Shown here one piece after another: positions 1-14,079 of a stretch of DNA of 64,000 nt (position 1 is its first letter; each line of letters opens with the position of its first letter). The notes beneath the pieces are model-generated. The model saw nothing but the letters and a program-made list of their open reading frames with translations, was not told the DNA's origin and ran no database searches. The stretch comes from the human T2T-CHM13v2.0 reference genome, Homo sapiens: assembly GCF_009914755.1 (NCBI RefSeq), contig NC_060926.1. One strand, given 5' to 3'. Position numbers and translations under genes: made by a program.

Positions 1-1549
1 GAAGCTTGCTTTTCTCTTTCAAAGGGAAATCAACAAAGAGTATTGCTTTCTTGCAAATTGGCAGGAAGGTTTCCAGCATAATGAAAGAGTGCAGAAAAAA
101 CAAGTTAATTCAAGGATAAAACTGTGAATAAGTAGAAGAGAAGACTACACCAGGAAAAGAGACGGAGATAGAGGCCCAATAGAGTAAGTAATTTTAGAAG
201 AAATTTAATACTGGAAGAATAGATGTTTTCCAGAATAAAGAGAAACATAAGCTAAAATGGATAATTTCCTTAACGCTATGCCATATAGAAATGCAAATTT
301 ACATACAAATAAATTAACAGTTATTTACTGTATAAATATTATTCTGATAATATTATTTCTTTATAGATTTAGCTCCTATATTTTACTTAAAATGAGAGCA
401 CAATTGTTAAATACAGTTTATACACTAAGTCTTTGAGACAGAAATATGTGGCTTGTAAGAGAATGACCTGATTCAAATGCCAAATTAAACCAATAATTTT
501 AACTAAACGCATACTCTGGTCATCTATCTTCATGTAATCTCTCCAAATCTGTCAATAAAATATCAATGCAAATATAAACAAAAAGAAAACAGCAACAAAA
601 ACTAGTATTTATAGCCAACTTATTGCAAAATTTGGGAGGTACAAAACTTTCAGAGTTGAAAGGAGAATTACATATACATTTTGCTTAAGATAATACAAAT
701 ACAGTAGTTTGACAAGGATGTAGAGATATTTTATTTATTGCTTATAGATTGGATGATGGCTCATAATCTGTAATAGGCACTGAGAAAACAAAGCAGATGC
801 AATAAAACAGCTGAGGGTTGCCACCTCTCTTCCAATTTCTTCCTCCCATAATCAACTTCTCTTCAAATGTAATCAGAAATGACAACTTCATCGCTCAGAA
901 AACCACAGGTCAGATACAGAAAAGTAATGCTTGGATAAATTATATCATGGGAGATATAAAGCTCAGCTACAAAGTCCAGAAATACAACAGACAGAAACAG
1001 AAAGAGCCATGGGGAAACTTGATGCTGAAATTGGGGTTTTTAGCATTGACTGTTACTTCTGTGGGGGTTGGAGTTGATGCCACTTGGATTAGCAGAGCTT
1101 CTTCATTAATGCTTGCTAACCCTTAAAATCAGTGTGCAAATATCAATTAGTCCTTTAGCTGGGCAAAGACAGTTCAACATACTGATAGGCAGACAACTAG
1201 GCTAAGGGTAAGCCCTAGCCCCTGTTTATAGGAAATCACTCAGCCTGGAAACAATCAAGCTGAAGTTGAAAACTACAAAAACTAGAGTCAGAGAAACATG
1301 ATGACCCAAAAATATCAGTGTAATTGAAGTGAATAATCTTCAATTGAGTCTTTACCCTGAAGACTCAAGTGAAGATTAAATCTCTCACTGTATTTAAATA
1401 TCACAAAAGAATACAATGTTAGAATAAAAAAAACACTAATTTCTCAAGTAATTCAATAAAATAAAATAACATATTAAGTCTGTGAAACAGAATAAGTTTA
1501 ACAAGAAGGAACAGATTAAAATTAAAATGGAATTGGGTAAGAGGATGTA

Positions 1550-1950
1550 TAAAAGGAAATTATCTGTCTATGAAGGGCAATTTGGTAATGTTTCTCAAAA
1601 ATACAAACAAAAAAAAAAGAGGAAAAACACAAAGATTCTGAATGCTAACAATTATGATTTTTAGGAATGTATCCTATATATCTTCACTCCTGTGAAAGAG
1701 ACTTACATACAAAGACTATTTGAAAGAATTGTTTGTACTGTCAAAAGATTGAACACAAAGTAGATCTCAAAAGAAACACTAAATTATGCAAATCCATTTA
1801 ATGCAATATCCTGTAACTATTAAAACTGAGGGACAATTAAAGAAGATTGAAAGATATTGAGGGATATATACATATTAAAACAAGGATTGATTTCTAAGAT
1901 AGATAATTTTGTAAAACAAATCAAGTTGCCAAAAATGTATAATAAAGTAT
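1550..1950 (+). mobile_element. Old L1 (L1ME-type) 3' fragment
   Basis: Degenerate match to the L1 ORF2 end/3' UTR (gaagggcaatttggtaatg...tttaggaatgtatcct...gaattgtttgtactgtcaaaagattg); boundaries approximate. Confidence 0.55.
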
Positions 1951-1956
1951 ATTTCT

Positions 1957-2238
1957 GGCCGGGCATGGTGGCTCATGCCTGTAATCCCAGTACTTTGGGA
2001 GGCTGAGACGGGTGGATCACCAGGTCAGGAGATTGAGACCACCCTGGTCCACACAGGGAAATCCCGTCTCTACTAAAAATACAAAAAATTAGCAGGGCGT
2101 GGTGGTAGTGGGTGCCTGTATTCCCAGCTACTCAGGAGGCTGAGGCAGGAGAATGGCATGAACTTGGGAGGCAGAGTTTGCAGTGAGCCAAGATTGTGCC
2201 ACTGCACTCCAGCCTGGGTGACAGAGTGAGACTCCATC

Positions 2239-2272
<34 letters not shown>
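1957..2272 (+). mobile_element. Alu (AluY/Sc-like) with (TCAA)n tail
   Basis: Full dimer starting ggccgggcatggtggctc; TSD aataaagtatatt(t/c)ct on both sides. Confidence 0.97.
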
Positions 2273-2275
<3 letters not shown>

Positions 2276-2489
2276 AAAGTATATTCCTGTAAATACTTAC
2301 AAATGTACAGGAATATAAGAGCTAAATTAAATCCACCTGAAAATCAATGAACTCATAGAATTTTGTGAGACTTTTGAATTAGTTATGTGAAGGACAGGAA
2401 TCATTTGCTCTCTCAGAATGAAGAAAAAATTGGCAATGAGATGAAAATTATAAAAGAATATTGACATGGAAGAGTGTGAAAAAAGGAGT

Positions 2490-2550
2490 CAACCTAAAAC
2501 GATTTCATATTCTTAAGATCCCAACCTAAAAGGATTTTGTATTCTTAAGA
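2490..2550. repeat. 32-bp tandem duplication
   Basis: caacctaaaacgatttcatattcttaaga followed by caacctaaaaggattttgtattcttaaga. Confidence 0.85.
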
Positions 2551-2899
2551 AAGAAAAAAGTATAGAATCAATAACATAATGAAAGAATAATTTCTTGAGC
2601 TAAAGAAACAGGCAACATTGTGAACCTACAGGATCCATACTTTGAAATGTAGGAAGAAAAAACAGAGTATTTTAGTTTCCTAGGTAGATAAGAAATACTT
2701 ACCAACACAGGAGAAAATATGTTTTCGAACTTTACTTCTGAAACATTATTTTTTAAATCAATATCAAAATATAAATATAAAATAATTGCCATGATTTTGA
2801 AATTATGTTTTGCCTAAATATTATTCACATTGGATATTAATTTTGGACATACATAAGTAACAGTAGGATAATCCGAGAAAAAAAATATATACACACACA

Positions 2900-3960
2900 T
2901 CTCTGACAAAAAAATCATAGAATGTTTAAAAACAAAAACATCAATCAGTCCAATTAAAAAGGAGCAAAGCTGGCAATATTATTTCATACAAAGTAAATTT
3001 TAGACAAAAAATGACTGAACTCTTTATAGATACAAAAATTTTACTAATATTATAACTATTAATATTTGTGTACTAAATTAGTATAACACTATTAGAAAAA
3101 TAAGGGTAAACGTAAGGTAAGAAACATGCAATTGCTTTGAGAAATTCTACCTCCATCTTTGTCTTTCTTTGATAAGGCAATAAATCAAAGCAAAATACTT
3201 GAAAAATGTAATCCCTAAGACTAGATTTATAGATATGCATAAACATCTCAACAACAGAAAATATCCTTTTCCCTAAGTTTCCATGAAAATTTAGCCTTCC
3301 CAAAACATAATTACCTTCACTCCCATATAGTATGAAACATACTCTGTGATAAAAATCTAATGAGTTAGAAAATGATAATTAATATTTTAAGCAATAACAA
3401 GAAAGCATTTTAACATTTAGAAATTAAATATTTATGGAGTCAAAGACGAAATTTAAGAATGTTAAAGAAATATAATGTAAGAATGTAAGAAAGGTAACGT
3501 TACAGAAGACAGTAGATCCAAAATGGAGTCACTCCATTCCACCAAAATGAAACCTAAGTTTTTGACCTTTCAAAAAATCAGGCAACAAATGACAGCAAAA
3601 TTATGTTACTCCAACAATATTTTGCTTTCATCCCTGTTAAAAAATTAACCTCAAAATGATCAATTTGCTATTTTTTTCTTCTTTCTTCTTTTCTCCACAT
3701 TTTTGTACATGTGAAACTCATTCATTCTGTTTAGTTTATTGAAGCTCCTTTATATTTTCCTTTAATGAATTGTTAATAAAAAGCCAATTAGATCTTGGAA
3801 ACTCAATTTGTGGAAATGTTTTTTACAGTGATAATCATAAATTGTTAAAGAAAGAACAAAATAATATTACAACATGTGAAATTTATGGGAAACCTCCCAA
3901 ATGAAACAGTATTCTTTGCTTTAGATATTTATTATAAAAAAAAATAAAAATAATTCAGAG
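2900..3960 (+). mobile_element. Highly decayed L1M ORF2 5' (endonuclease region) fragments, interrupted by an LTR
   Basis: A-rich L1-like motifs (aaagctggcaatatt, ataactattaatatttgtgtactaa, tacaacatgtgaaatttatggga). Confidence 0.5.
3498..3827 (+). mobile_element. ERV1 MER4-group solo LTR (MER72-like, tentative)
   Basis: (c)gttaca...ccaaaatggagtcac start; aataaaaagccaattagatc polyA region; ...aca end; 4-bp near-TSD gtaa/gtga. Confidence 0.6.
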
Positions 3961-4507
3961 TCAAATCTCAAAGCATATTACAAAGTACTGGCATTTTATA
4001 CAATAAGGTGTTATTTGCTTTACTTTTCTGTTTACGTTTTTAATAGATTTTATATATTTTTAATTAATAAACTTTATTTTTTTAGAGCAGTTTTAGGCTC
4101 ACGGAAAAAGTACATGGAAAGTAAAGAGAATTCCCATATATTTCCATTCCTAAACATGCACATCCTCCCCCAGTAATAACATCCCATGCCACAGTAGCAC
4201 ATTTGTTATAATCGATGGACTTACATTGGCACATTATGAACCAACTCATAACTTACATGAACATTCACTCATGGTGTTCTACAAATGTACAATAACAAGT
4301 GTCATCCATCCTAGTATCATTCAGAAGAGTTTTGCTGCCCCCAAATTGCTCTCTGCTCTACCTGTTTACCCCTCCATTCCACCTAACCCCAGGCAACCAC
4401 TGATCTTTCACTGCCTCCATTCTTTTGCTTTTCCAGAATGTCATATAGTTAGAATCATATAGTACATAGCCTTTTTAGATGTGCTTCTTTCACTTAATAA
4501 TATGTGT

Positions 4508-4941
<434 letters not shown>

Positions 4942-5350
4942 ATAAATTTAATTTTTTAAAAAGATCATGTTAACTAAATTCATGTGTGTCTATTTCTCAG
5001 TTCTCTATTCTGTTCCATTAATGTATTTGTCTATTTTTTTGCCAATACCACGTGGCTTGAATATTGTAGTTTTATAGTAATTATTCAAAATAGCATCAGT
5101 CAGTCTTCTGACTGTTCTTCTTCTTCAATATTGAATTGTCTATTTTGCATGCTTCACCTCTTCATATAAACTATAGATTCATTTTGTTGATTTCCACAAT
5201 ATAGCTAGATATAATTTAATGAGAATTTGTTTGAGATTGCATTAAATCTATAGATCAAGTTGGGAAGAACCAACGTCTGACTGGCAATTATGCATCTTTC
5301 TATCAATAAACACAAAATAGCTCTTCATTTGTATATTTCTTCTTCGATAT

Positions 5351-7012
5351 TGTTACAGGATCAGTGGAGTGTTGCTGTTCTGGCCATAAACCTCTGTGGA
5401 CAGTGGCTCCTTTGCCAGGGTTTTGCTTGGGCCTACTGGGCTAGTTCTGCTCACTCAGCCTGCCAGGCTGTGCTCAGCACACACTACATGCCTGGATCCC
5501 ATGTCTGCCAAGGGCTAGTCAGGGGTGGAGCAGTGAGGGGTGTGTGAGTGAACATGAAGTCTGGCCACTGCAGCTGGGTGGGCAGCTCCAGGTGCCGGCA
5601 TGGGCACCAGCTCTCTGTGATGCTGTGGCTGAACCAGATGCACTGCAAGCAGCTTCCACAGCTGGCACTGGAGGACGTGGTGACGCCCAGAAGCTTGGAG
5701 ATGCCAGGAACCACAGGGCCCCAAAGAGGAAGTGACAGCCCTGGCTAGAGGAGCTCCCAGATCTAGGCTCCCTGAAGGCCCACAGCTCTTCTCTCCTCTT
5801 TGTCCGCAATGTGGTGAGCATGGGACATGTTTCAGCCCTGTTTGTTTTACAGCTGTTTTAGCCCTGCCATCCAACAGGTCCCAAGTTCTTGTCCTGCGAC
5901 CAGGAAGAATGAGATACACAAAGAAGTGGAGGGTGAGCAAGATGAGGAATGGGTGTTCAGCTCTGAGCTGAAAGGAGACCCTGGAGTGGGAAGCTCCTCT
6001 CTACAGGCAGGTCATTCCATTGTCTCTGCAGCTCTCAGCAGAGAGGAGGCCTTGGTATGGGTAGTACCTCTCTGCAGCTTGTCGTCCTGATATCCGCTCA
6101 GCTCTGGCTGAGCCCAGGGCTTTTATGGGCCTCAGAGGGGAGAAAGTGCATGCCAATTCGTCCATGGGTGGCCATGGGCAGGCCCAGAAAAGGGACCACA
6201 ATTTTCCACTCTAGTGTACAGGACTGGCAGCCTAGTTTCCAGCCTTCAGACCCTCCCTGGCCTGAAGGTGGGGCCTCACCGGGGACCTGCCCCCTTATGC
6301 CCAGGAACCTATCTACCTCCTGCTGCTATTCATGGCGCCCAGACTATCGGTGCCAAGGTGCAGCTGCAGGCCAGCACCGAGCTGCCCTCAGTGCCCCCTC
6401 AGCTTCCCTCCCATGCTTGTCAGTGCCCAAAGTCCAGAGGGGGCTGAGGGGGCAGTGGGTTGGTGTGTCCAAACATGTGCACAGTCAGCGGGGCTATGAC
6501 AGCACCTGGGCTTGGCTCTGACTTTGCTCCAAGATCAAAACAGGTGCTGACAGCAGGGAGAAGCCAGCAAGCAAGAGCAGGCACTTCCAAGCCTGCAAGG
6601 TCAGGGGAGGCCTTCCCAGGCCCCCAAGAGAGCAGAGATACAGTGATGCCTGGGTCTGCAGCTGCAGTTTCGGTGGCTGCAGCTGTGCCCAGGGGAGCAC
6701 AGTTCCTGCCTGCTCTGTGGTGCTGGAGGCCTGGGTCCACAGCCGCAACTTGGGCTGCTGAAGCTGTGCCTATGAGAGCTGGGCGCCACCCCTGCTCCCG
6801 GGCCCTGAGAGCACAGAGATGCCTGGGTCCACAGCCATCGCTTGGGAGGTTGCAGTGGAACTGGGAGAGCTCCCACTTCAACTCAGAAGGAGCAGGGCTC
6901 CCACTTGTCCCCAGCTCCTGCTGGCTCCATGGAGTGTGCAGCCCCAGACATGCCTCCCTGCTGCAGTCCACATGATGGCAGCAGCTTCTCCAGACAGCTG
7001 CCACTGCCATCA
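5351..7012 (-). mobile_element. MER52 solo LTR (ERV1)
   Basis: Minus strand begins TGATGGCAGTGGCAGCTG...GCTGCCATCA (MER52 start) and ends TGTAACA; perfect 4-bp TSD ATAT (5347-5350, 7013-7016); GC-rich; about 1.66 kb. Confidence 0.9.
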
Positions 7013-9587
7013 ATATCTTTTATCAGTTTTTTAGTTTTCCTCATAAATATATGAGGGTAATGTATGTATTTTGTTAGGTTTGTACCTAAGTATTTCATTT
7101 TGGGAAATGTTAATGTAAATAATATTGTCTTTTAAAATTCAAAATTTCTTCTGTTCATTGCTGGTATGAAAGAAAGCAATTGATTTTTCTGTATTAACTT
7201 TGTGTCCTGCAACCTTGCTGTAATCAATTATTAATTTCAGAGGTTTCTTTGGCTGATTCTTTTGTATTTTCTACGTAAAAACATTGTGTCATCTGTAAAC
7301 AGAGATAATTTTTTCTTCCCAAATAATATACAATTTATTTCTTTTATTGTCTTATAGCATTAGATGTGACATGAAAGTGGTGAGAGGTGATATCCTTTAA
7401 CTTGTTATTGATCTTTGCTTCCAGTTTCTCACCATTAAGTATGATGTTTGTTGTAGAACATTTGTGTAAGTGTTCTTTATACAATTGAGGAAGTTCCCCT
7501 CTATTCCTAGTCTATTGAGAGTTTTTATCATGACTGGGTGTTGGATTTTCTCAAATGCTTTTTCTGCACCTATAAATAGGATCATGTGATTTTTCTTTTT
7601 TAATTTTTTGAAGTCATGCATTACATTAATTGATATTCAAAGATTGAACCAGTCTTGCATGCCTGGAATTAATTCCTCTTGGTCATAGTGTGTAATTTTT
7701 TGTATACATTGTGGGATTCAATTTGCTAATATTTTGTTGAGATTTTTACACCAATTTTCATGAGAGATACTCTGTAGTTTTCTTAAACTGCCTTTGTTTG
7801 ATTTTGGTATTAGGGTAATGCTGGCCTCATAGAATAAGTTAGAAAATATTACTTCTGTTTCTGGCTTCTGAGGAAGACTATACAGAATTGGTATAATGTA
7901 TTTCTTACATGTTTGCTAGAATTCACAGGTAAATACCTCTGGACCTGGCGCTTTCAGTTTTGGACAGTTAATTATTGATTAAATTGCTTTCATAGGTATC
8001 AGCCTATTTAGATTATTTATTTTTGTGTAAAATTTTCTATCAGGAAATTAGTTCATTTCATCTAGATTATGAAATCTGTTGGCATAAAATTGTTCATAAC
8101 ATTTCTTTACTATCCTATTAATGTCCATGGGATTTGGAATGGTATCTACTCTTTCTTTTCAATATTAATAATTTTTATTTTCTTCATTTTTTTCTTAGTT
8201 TCCAAGACTAGAGACTAATAATTTTTATGAGTCTTTTCAAAAAACCAGTCTCTTCTTTCTCTACTGATTTCCTGTTTGCAATTTTATTATTTTCTGCTTT
8301 AATTTTTGTTATTTCTTTTTTTCTGCTTACTTTGGATTTAATTTTCTCTTTTTTTTTTCTAGTTTCCATGGGTGGAAGTGGAGATTATTAATTGTATATC
8401 ATTCTTCTTTTCTAATATATATATCCAAAGCCATAAATTTCCCTCTAAGCATTGCTTTAGCTATATTCCACAAATTTTAATAAGTTGGGTTTTTGTTTTC
8501 ATTAGTTCAAATATTTTAAAATTTATCTGAGATTTATTGTTTGACCCATGTGTTATTTAGAAGTATGTTGTTTTATCTTCAAGTATTTTGAGATTTTTTT
8601 TGCTACATTTCTGTTATTGATTTTAGTTTTTGTTATTTCCAAAAGTCCATTGAATTCAATTGTTGTCTGAGAACAGGCATTATATGATTTCTACTCTTTG
8701 AAACTTGTTAGGTATGTTTTATTGCCCACAATGTGGTCTATCTTAGTAAATGTTCCATGTGAGCTTGAGAAGAATGCATAATGGGTTGCTGTTGGATGAT
8801 GTTGTCTCTAGAGGTCAATTATACACAGTTGATTGATGATGCCATAAAGATCAACTATATGCCTACTGACTTTTGGGCTACTGGATATTTCATTTTCTTA
8901 TAGAGTTAAAGTCCCCAAATATAACAGTAGATTCTTCTATTTTTCTTTGCAGTTCTATCCACTTTTGGCTTGTATATTTTGATGCTCTATTGTTAGGTAC
9001 AGAGACATAAAGAATTATTGTTTTCTTGGAGTACTGACCCCTTTATCATTGTGTAATGCCCCCTTTATCTCTGATAACTTCTCTTTTTCTGAAGTCTGCT
9101 CTGTCTAAAATGATTTTAGCTACTTCAACTTTCTTTTCATTAATATTAAGATTGTATCTCTTTCTCCATCCCTTTACTTTTAATTTATATGTATTTTATA
9201 GTTACAGTTAGTTTCTTGTAGACGACATACAGTTAAGTCTTGTTTTTTCATCCATTTTGATGATTTTTGTCTTTTAATTGGTATATTCAGACCATTGATG
9301 TTTCCAGTAATTACTGATGTAGTTGGATTAATATGAACCATATTTGTTACTGTTTTCTACTTCTTTCCCTTGTTCTTTGTTCCTATTTTTTGTCTTCCAT
9401 GCTTTTTCTGCCTTTGTGGCTTTAATTGAGTGTTTTGTATAATTTCATTTTCTTTCTATTTTCAGCATGTCAATTATAACACTTCTCTTTAACTTTTTTT
9501 AGTGGTTACCCTAGAATTTGCAACATACATTTACAACGAATCCAAGTTCACTTTCAAATAACACTATACTGCTTCACAGGCAGTGCA

Positions 9588-9858
9588 ACTTTGGGAGGTT
9601 GATGGGGTGAATCACTTAAGCTCAGGAGTTCAAGACCAGACTGGGCAAAATGGCAAGACCCCATCTCTACAAAAAACACAAAAATTAGCCAGGCATGGTG
9701 GTATGTATCTGTGGTCCCAACTACTTAGGATGTTGAGGTTGGGGAGAATCACTTGAGCCTTGGAAGGGGAGATTGCAGTGAGCTGAGATCACACCACTGC
9801 ACTCCAGCCTGGGTGACAGAGTGAGACCTGGTCTCAAACACAAAACAAAGCAAAAGAG
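9588..9858 (+). mobile_element. AluJ, about 30 bp 5'-truncated
   Basis: Starts at actttgggagg; J-type features (cacttaagctcaggag, gcaagacccc, gagacctggtctc). Confidence 0.93.
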
Positions 9859-9859
9859 A

Positions 9860-10600
9860 ATGTCCTCTGCCAAAGCATGGTTATTCTTCTCAGATATTCA
9901 TATTCACTGTGAGGACCTGGTAGAGCTCATGGAGGTAAAACACACAAAAATGTGAGGGGCCCCTCTTTATCATGGTACCTACCCTTTGAGTTTTTAACTC
10001 TTACTTTCGTCCACACTGAGACTCTGGCAGTTTCTCAACTACAGTTTAGTTTTTCCTACTCTGGCACTGGTTCCCATGAAGGTTTTTAGTCATGGGTTTC
10101 TGCTCTGGTACCTTGTGATTTTTCCATATTTACCTGCCTGTCTCTCCAATTTTGGAGGCAGTGGTTTATCTTGTGACATCACTTATCTTACTGATTTAAA
10201 AAAATTACTGGCCGGGTGCAGTGGCTCAAGCCTGTAATCCCAGCACTTTGGGAGGCTGAGGGGGGTGGATCATGAGGTCAGGAGTTTGAGACCAGCCTGG
10301 CCAACATAGTGAAACCCTGTGTCTACTAAAAATACAAAAAATTAGCCGGGCGTGGTGGCACATGCCTGTAATCCTAGCTACTCCAGAGGCTGAGGCAGGA
10401 GAAGAGCTTGAACCCGGGAGGTTGCAGCGAGCTAAGATGGCACCACTGCACATCAGCCTGGGCGACAGTCCAAGGCTCCATCTCAAAATAAATAAATAAA
10501 TACATAAAATTAAAAAATAAAATAAATTACTGGTTTTCCATTTGTTCAGTTTTCTATTTGTTGTTAGGATGCAGTAGCAACTTCTAAGCTTCCTACATGC
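9860..10600 (-). mobile_element. L1MD-type 5' UTR fragment, interrupted by Alu
   Basis: gtgaggacctggtagagctc...ggaggtaaaa; tttggaggcagtggttt; gttcagtttttctatttgttgttaggatg. Confidence 0.6.
10210..10520 (+). mobile_element. AluS (Sg-like)
   Basis: Full dimer; TSD aaattact. Confidence 0.97.
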
Positions 10601-12283
10601 TGAAGCTGTAGTCTTTATTTTTAGGTTCACAGCAAAGTTGGTGAAATGTGCAGAGTTCCCATGCACACCCTTCTGCCCCAACATGTAGAGCCTTCCCATG
10701 GTAAACATCTAACAATAAAGTGTATTTGTTACAACAGAAGAAGAAACATTGCCACATCATCAACCAAAACCCATGGTTTACAAAGGTTCACTCTTGGTGT
10801 TGAAGTTCTTTGGGTTTTGACAAATTTGTGACATGTATCTACTATTTTAGTATCATTTAAAATAGTTTCATTGCCAGGAAAATCCTCTCTACTCCACCCA
10901 TTTAGTCCCCCTGCCATTACCCCAAACCTGAGAAAACTACCGAGTTTTTTTACTCTCTCTGATTTTTTTTCTTTTTCAAAATGTCATACACTTGGAAACA
11001 TATGGCCTCTTAACACTGGCTTCTTTCACTTAGTAATTTTTATTTAGGGTTCTTCCATGACTTTTAGTGGTTTGGTGGCTTATTATTTTTAGTACTGAAT
11101 AATGTTCCATTATATAGATGTATTATGATTTATCTATCCATTGACCTGTAGAACATCTTGGTTAGTTCCACATTTTGGCAATTATGAATAAAGCTGCTCT
11201 AAATATCCGTATGCAGATTTTCCTATGGATGTATGTTTTCAACTTGTTTGGTTAAATACCAAGGAGCACGATTACTGGACCACATAGGGAGAATACGTTT
11301 AGTTTTGTAAGAAACTGCCAAGCTGTTTGCTGAAGTGGCTTCACCATTTGTATTTCTACCAGAAATGAATGAAAGTCCCTGTTGCTCCACATCCTTATCA
11401 GCCTTTGGTGTTGTGTTTGGGATTTTAGCAATTCTAATAGGTATGTAGTGATAGCTCATTGTTGTTTTAATTTGCATTTCCCTAATGACAAATAATGTTG
11501 AGCATCTTTTCATGTGCTTATTAGTTATTTATATATCATCTTTGGTAGACTGTCTTCTGTTTTTTCTCCACTTTTTTTGACTGACTTATTTGTCTTTTCA
11601 TTATTGATTTGTAAGAGTTCTTCATAAATTCTGGATAGAAACCTCATATTGGATATGCGTTTTGAAAATATTTTCTCCCAGTCTGTTGGGAGACTGCTCA
11701 CGTTTTTATTTTCTTAATAATGCCTTTTTATGAGCAAAAGTTTTTTATTGACAAGGTTAAACATTTTTTAAAAAATTGTATGCACCATGCTCTCAATTTG
11801 CCCCCTTTATATCTACCTACCTATTAATCTATGTCTGTAATGCATTGTCTTGATAACTATAGCTTTATAGTAAATTTTGAAACCAGAAAGTAGAAGTCCT
11901 CCAACTTCATTCTTATTTTTAAATAATATTTTGTTTTTAAATTGTTTTGACTATTCTAGATGTTTTGCCTTTCCATATAAGTTTTAGGATTTGGTTATCA
12001 ATTTCTGAAAAAAAGCATGCTATAATTTTGATAGGGATTATGTTGAATTCATACATCAATTGGGGAGGAATTGTCATCAACATAAACTGAGTCTGTAAAC
12101 TCATGAACATGGAATGTCTCTCCACAGTTTTGTGATCAGTTTATACGCCTTACACTTTTTTGTTACGTGTACTTCTAAGTATTGTACTTTTTTAGTGCCA
12201 CTGTGAATAGAATTGTATTCTTAATTTTAATTTTGGAGTGGACACTGCTTGTATATAGAATAACAATTGACTTTTTATACTAA

Positions 12284-12589
<306 letters not shown>

Positions 12590-12613
12590 TGTGTTTATTC
12601 TAATTTTTTTTTG

Positions 12614-12832
12614 TTTTACTTGTAGTTGGATTTTTTAGGATTTTCCACAAACAGGATGGTATTCACTGTGAATAAATAAAGTTTTACTTTTTGATTTTCA
12701 ATCTGGATGTCTTTCTTTTTTTTCATTTTACTTGTAGTTGGATTCTTTAGGATTTTCCATAAACAGGGTGATATTAACTGCGAATAAATAAAGTTTTACT
12801 TCCTGATTTTCAATCTGGATGTCTTTCTTTTT
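12614..12832. repeat. 112-bp tandem duplication within L1
   Basis: tgtagttggatt...caatctggatgtctttc present twice, starting at 12621 and 12733. Confidence 0.92.
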
Positions 12833-12910
12833 TTCCCCTTTCTTTCTGTTTTACTGGTTTTGTTTTGTCATTTTGCCTGATTTCCTTGGCTAGAACCTCC
12901 AATACTATGT

Positions 12911-13762
12911 TGTAATGGAGTCTGACTTCATTTTTCACATTTGACAGCTGACAACGTCCAAGTCCCACCATTCCCCTTTTCCTTTGGCCTAACATTTCTT
13001 CGAGCTCATAAAGAATGTCCAGGTGCTCTTTTCCTAGATACACAAAACCTACCCTGTATAGAAACCCTCATGCCAGCTTCACCCTCCAAAAACTGGAAAC
13101 ACTCACCCTTCCCTTCACTCAGACCATTTTCAGAGAGGCTTTGGTATCTGCCCTGCTTTCCTCAGAAAGCCTATATATGTGATAAATCTGCTCAGGCCCT
13201 CTTAGTGTGTGTAGTAGACTGAATAATGACCTCCCAAAGATATCAGGTCCTAATCCTTGGAACCTGTAAATGTTCCATTTCATAAAAGAGGGTCTTTGTA
13301 GTTGTGAGTAAGTGAAGGATTCTGGAATGGCTAGGCCATCCCAGATCATCCAGGTGTCCTTCTTAGAGAAAGAGGGAGATTAGATACAGCCAGAAGAGAA
13401 AAAGAAATACATATAGAGAAAAAGGCAATGTGAAGGCAAAGGAAGAGATTGGAGTGACAGAACCACAAGCCAAAGAATGCAAACGGCCACCTGCAGCTGG
13501 AAGAGGCAACAAACCTACTCTCTGTTGGGGCCTCTGGGCAGAGCACACCCATGCAGACAGCTTGATTTTGGCCCACTGATACTTATTTCAGACTTCTGGA
13601 CTCCTAAAATGTAAGAGAATAAATTTATTTTTATTATAAGCCATGAAGTTTGCAGTAATGTGTCACAGGACCCACATGGAATTAAGCAGGGTGTGTGTGG
13701 CATCATCTGTCTCAACATCTGAGGGTGGTTACTCCAGGCCTCTGAGGGGCAGCCGCAAAGCA
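12911..13762 (+). mobile_element. Solo LTR (LTR47-like, ERVL; tentative) split by MLT1
   Basis: TG start tgtaatggagtctgacttcatttt; CA end; 5-bp TSD tatgt/cgtgt; host L1 rejoins across it. Confidence 0.65.
13210..13688 (+). mobile_element. MLT1C/D MaLR LTR
   Basis: tgtagtagactgaataatg...cctaatccttggaacctgt...gagattggagtga...cagacttctgg...aataaattt. Confidence 0.9.
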
Positions 13763-14079
13763 CGTGTTAAACAGCAGAGAAAGAGCGAGTATCTTTGTCT
13801 TGTTTCTGATCTTAACATTTTTCTTTCCATATTCTCAAGGGATATTGGTTTTCTTTTCTTATGACGAATTTTATTTGGTATCAGGGTGACACTGAAATCA
13901 TAAAATGAGTTAGAAATTTTATTCTTTCTCTATTTTTGGGAAGTGTTTGTGGCACGTTGGTATTAATTTATTTAAATCTTTCCTAAAATTCACCAGTGAA
14001 GCCATCTAAGCACGAGCTTTTCTTTGTGGGAAGATCTTGCTTACTAATTCATGTATTTACTTGTCATAAACGTAATTTT

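Noticed and set aside
818-1126. 102-aa plus-strand ORF
   Set aside because: Non-ATG start, no recognisable domain, no supporting splice structure
5290-7098. About 20 overlapping ORFs up to 197 aa
   Set aside because: They lie in or overlap the GC-rich MER52 LTR; stop-codon scarcity explains them and there are no gag/pol/env motifs
10226-10708. 160-aa ORF and similar ORFs at 4660, 12293, 24038, 25647, 32660, 52341, 57115
   Set aside because: Alu-derived translations ([22 protein letters not shown])
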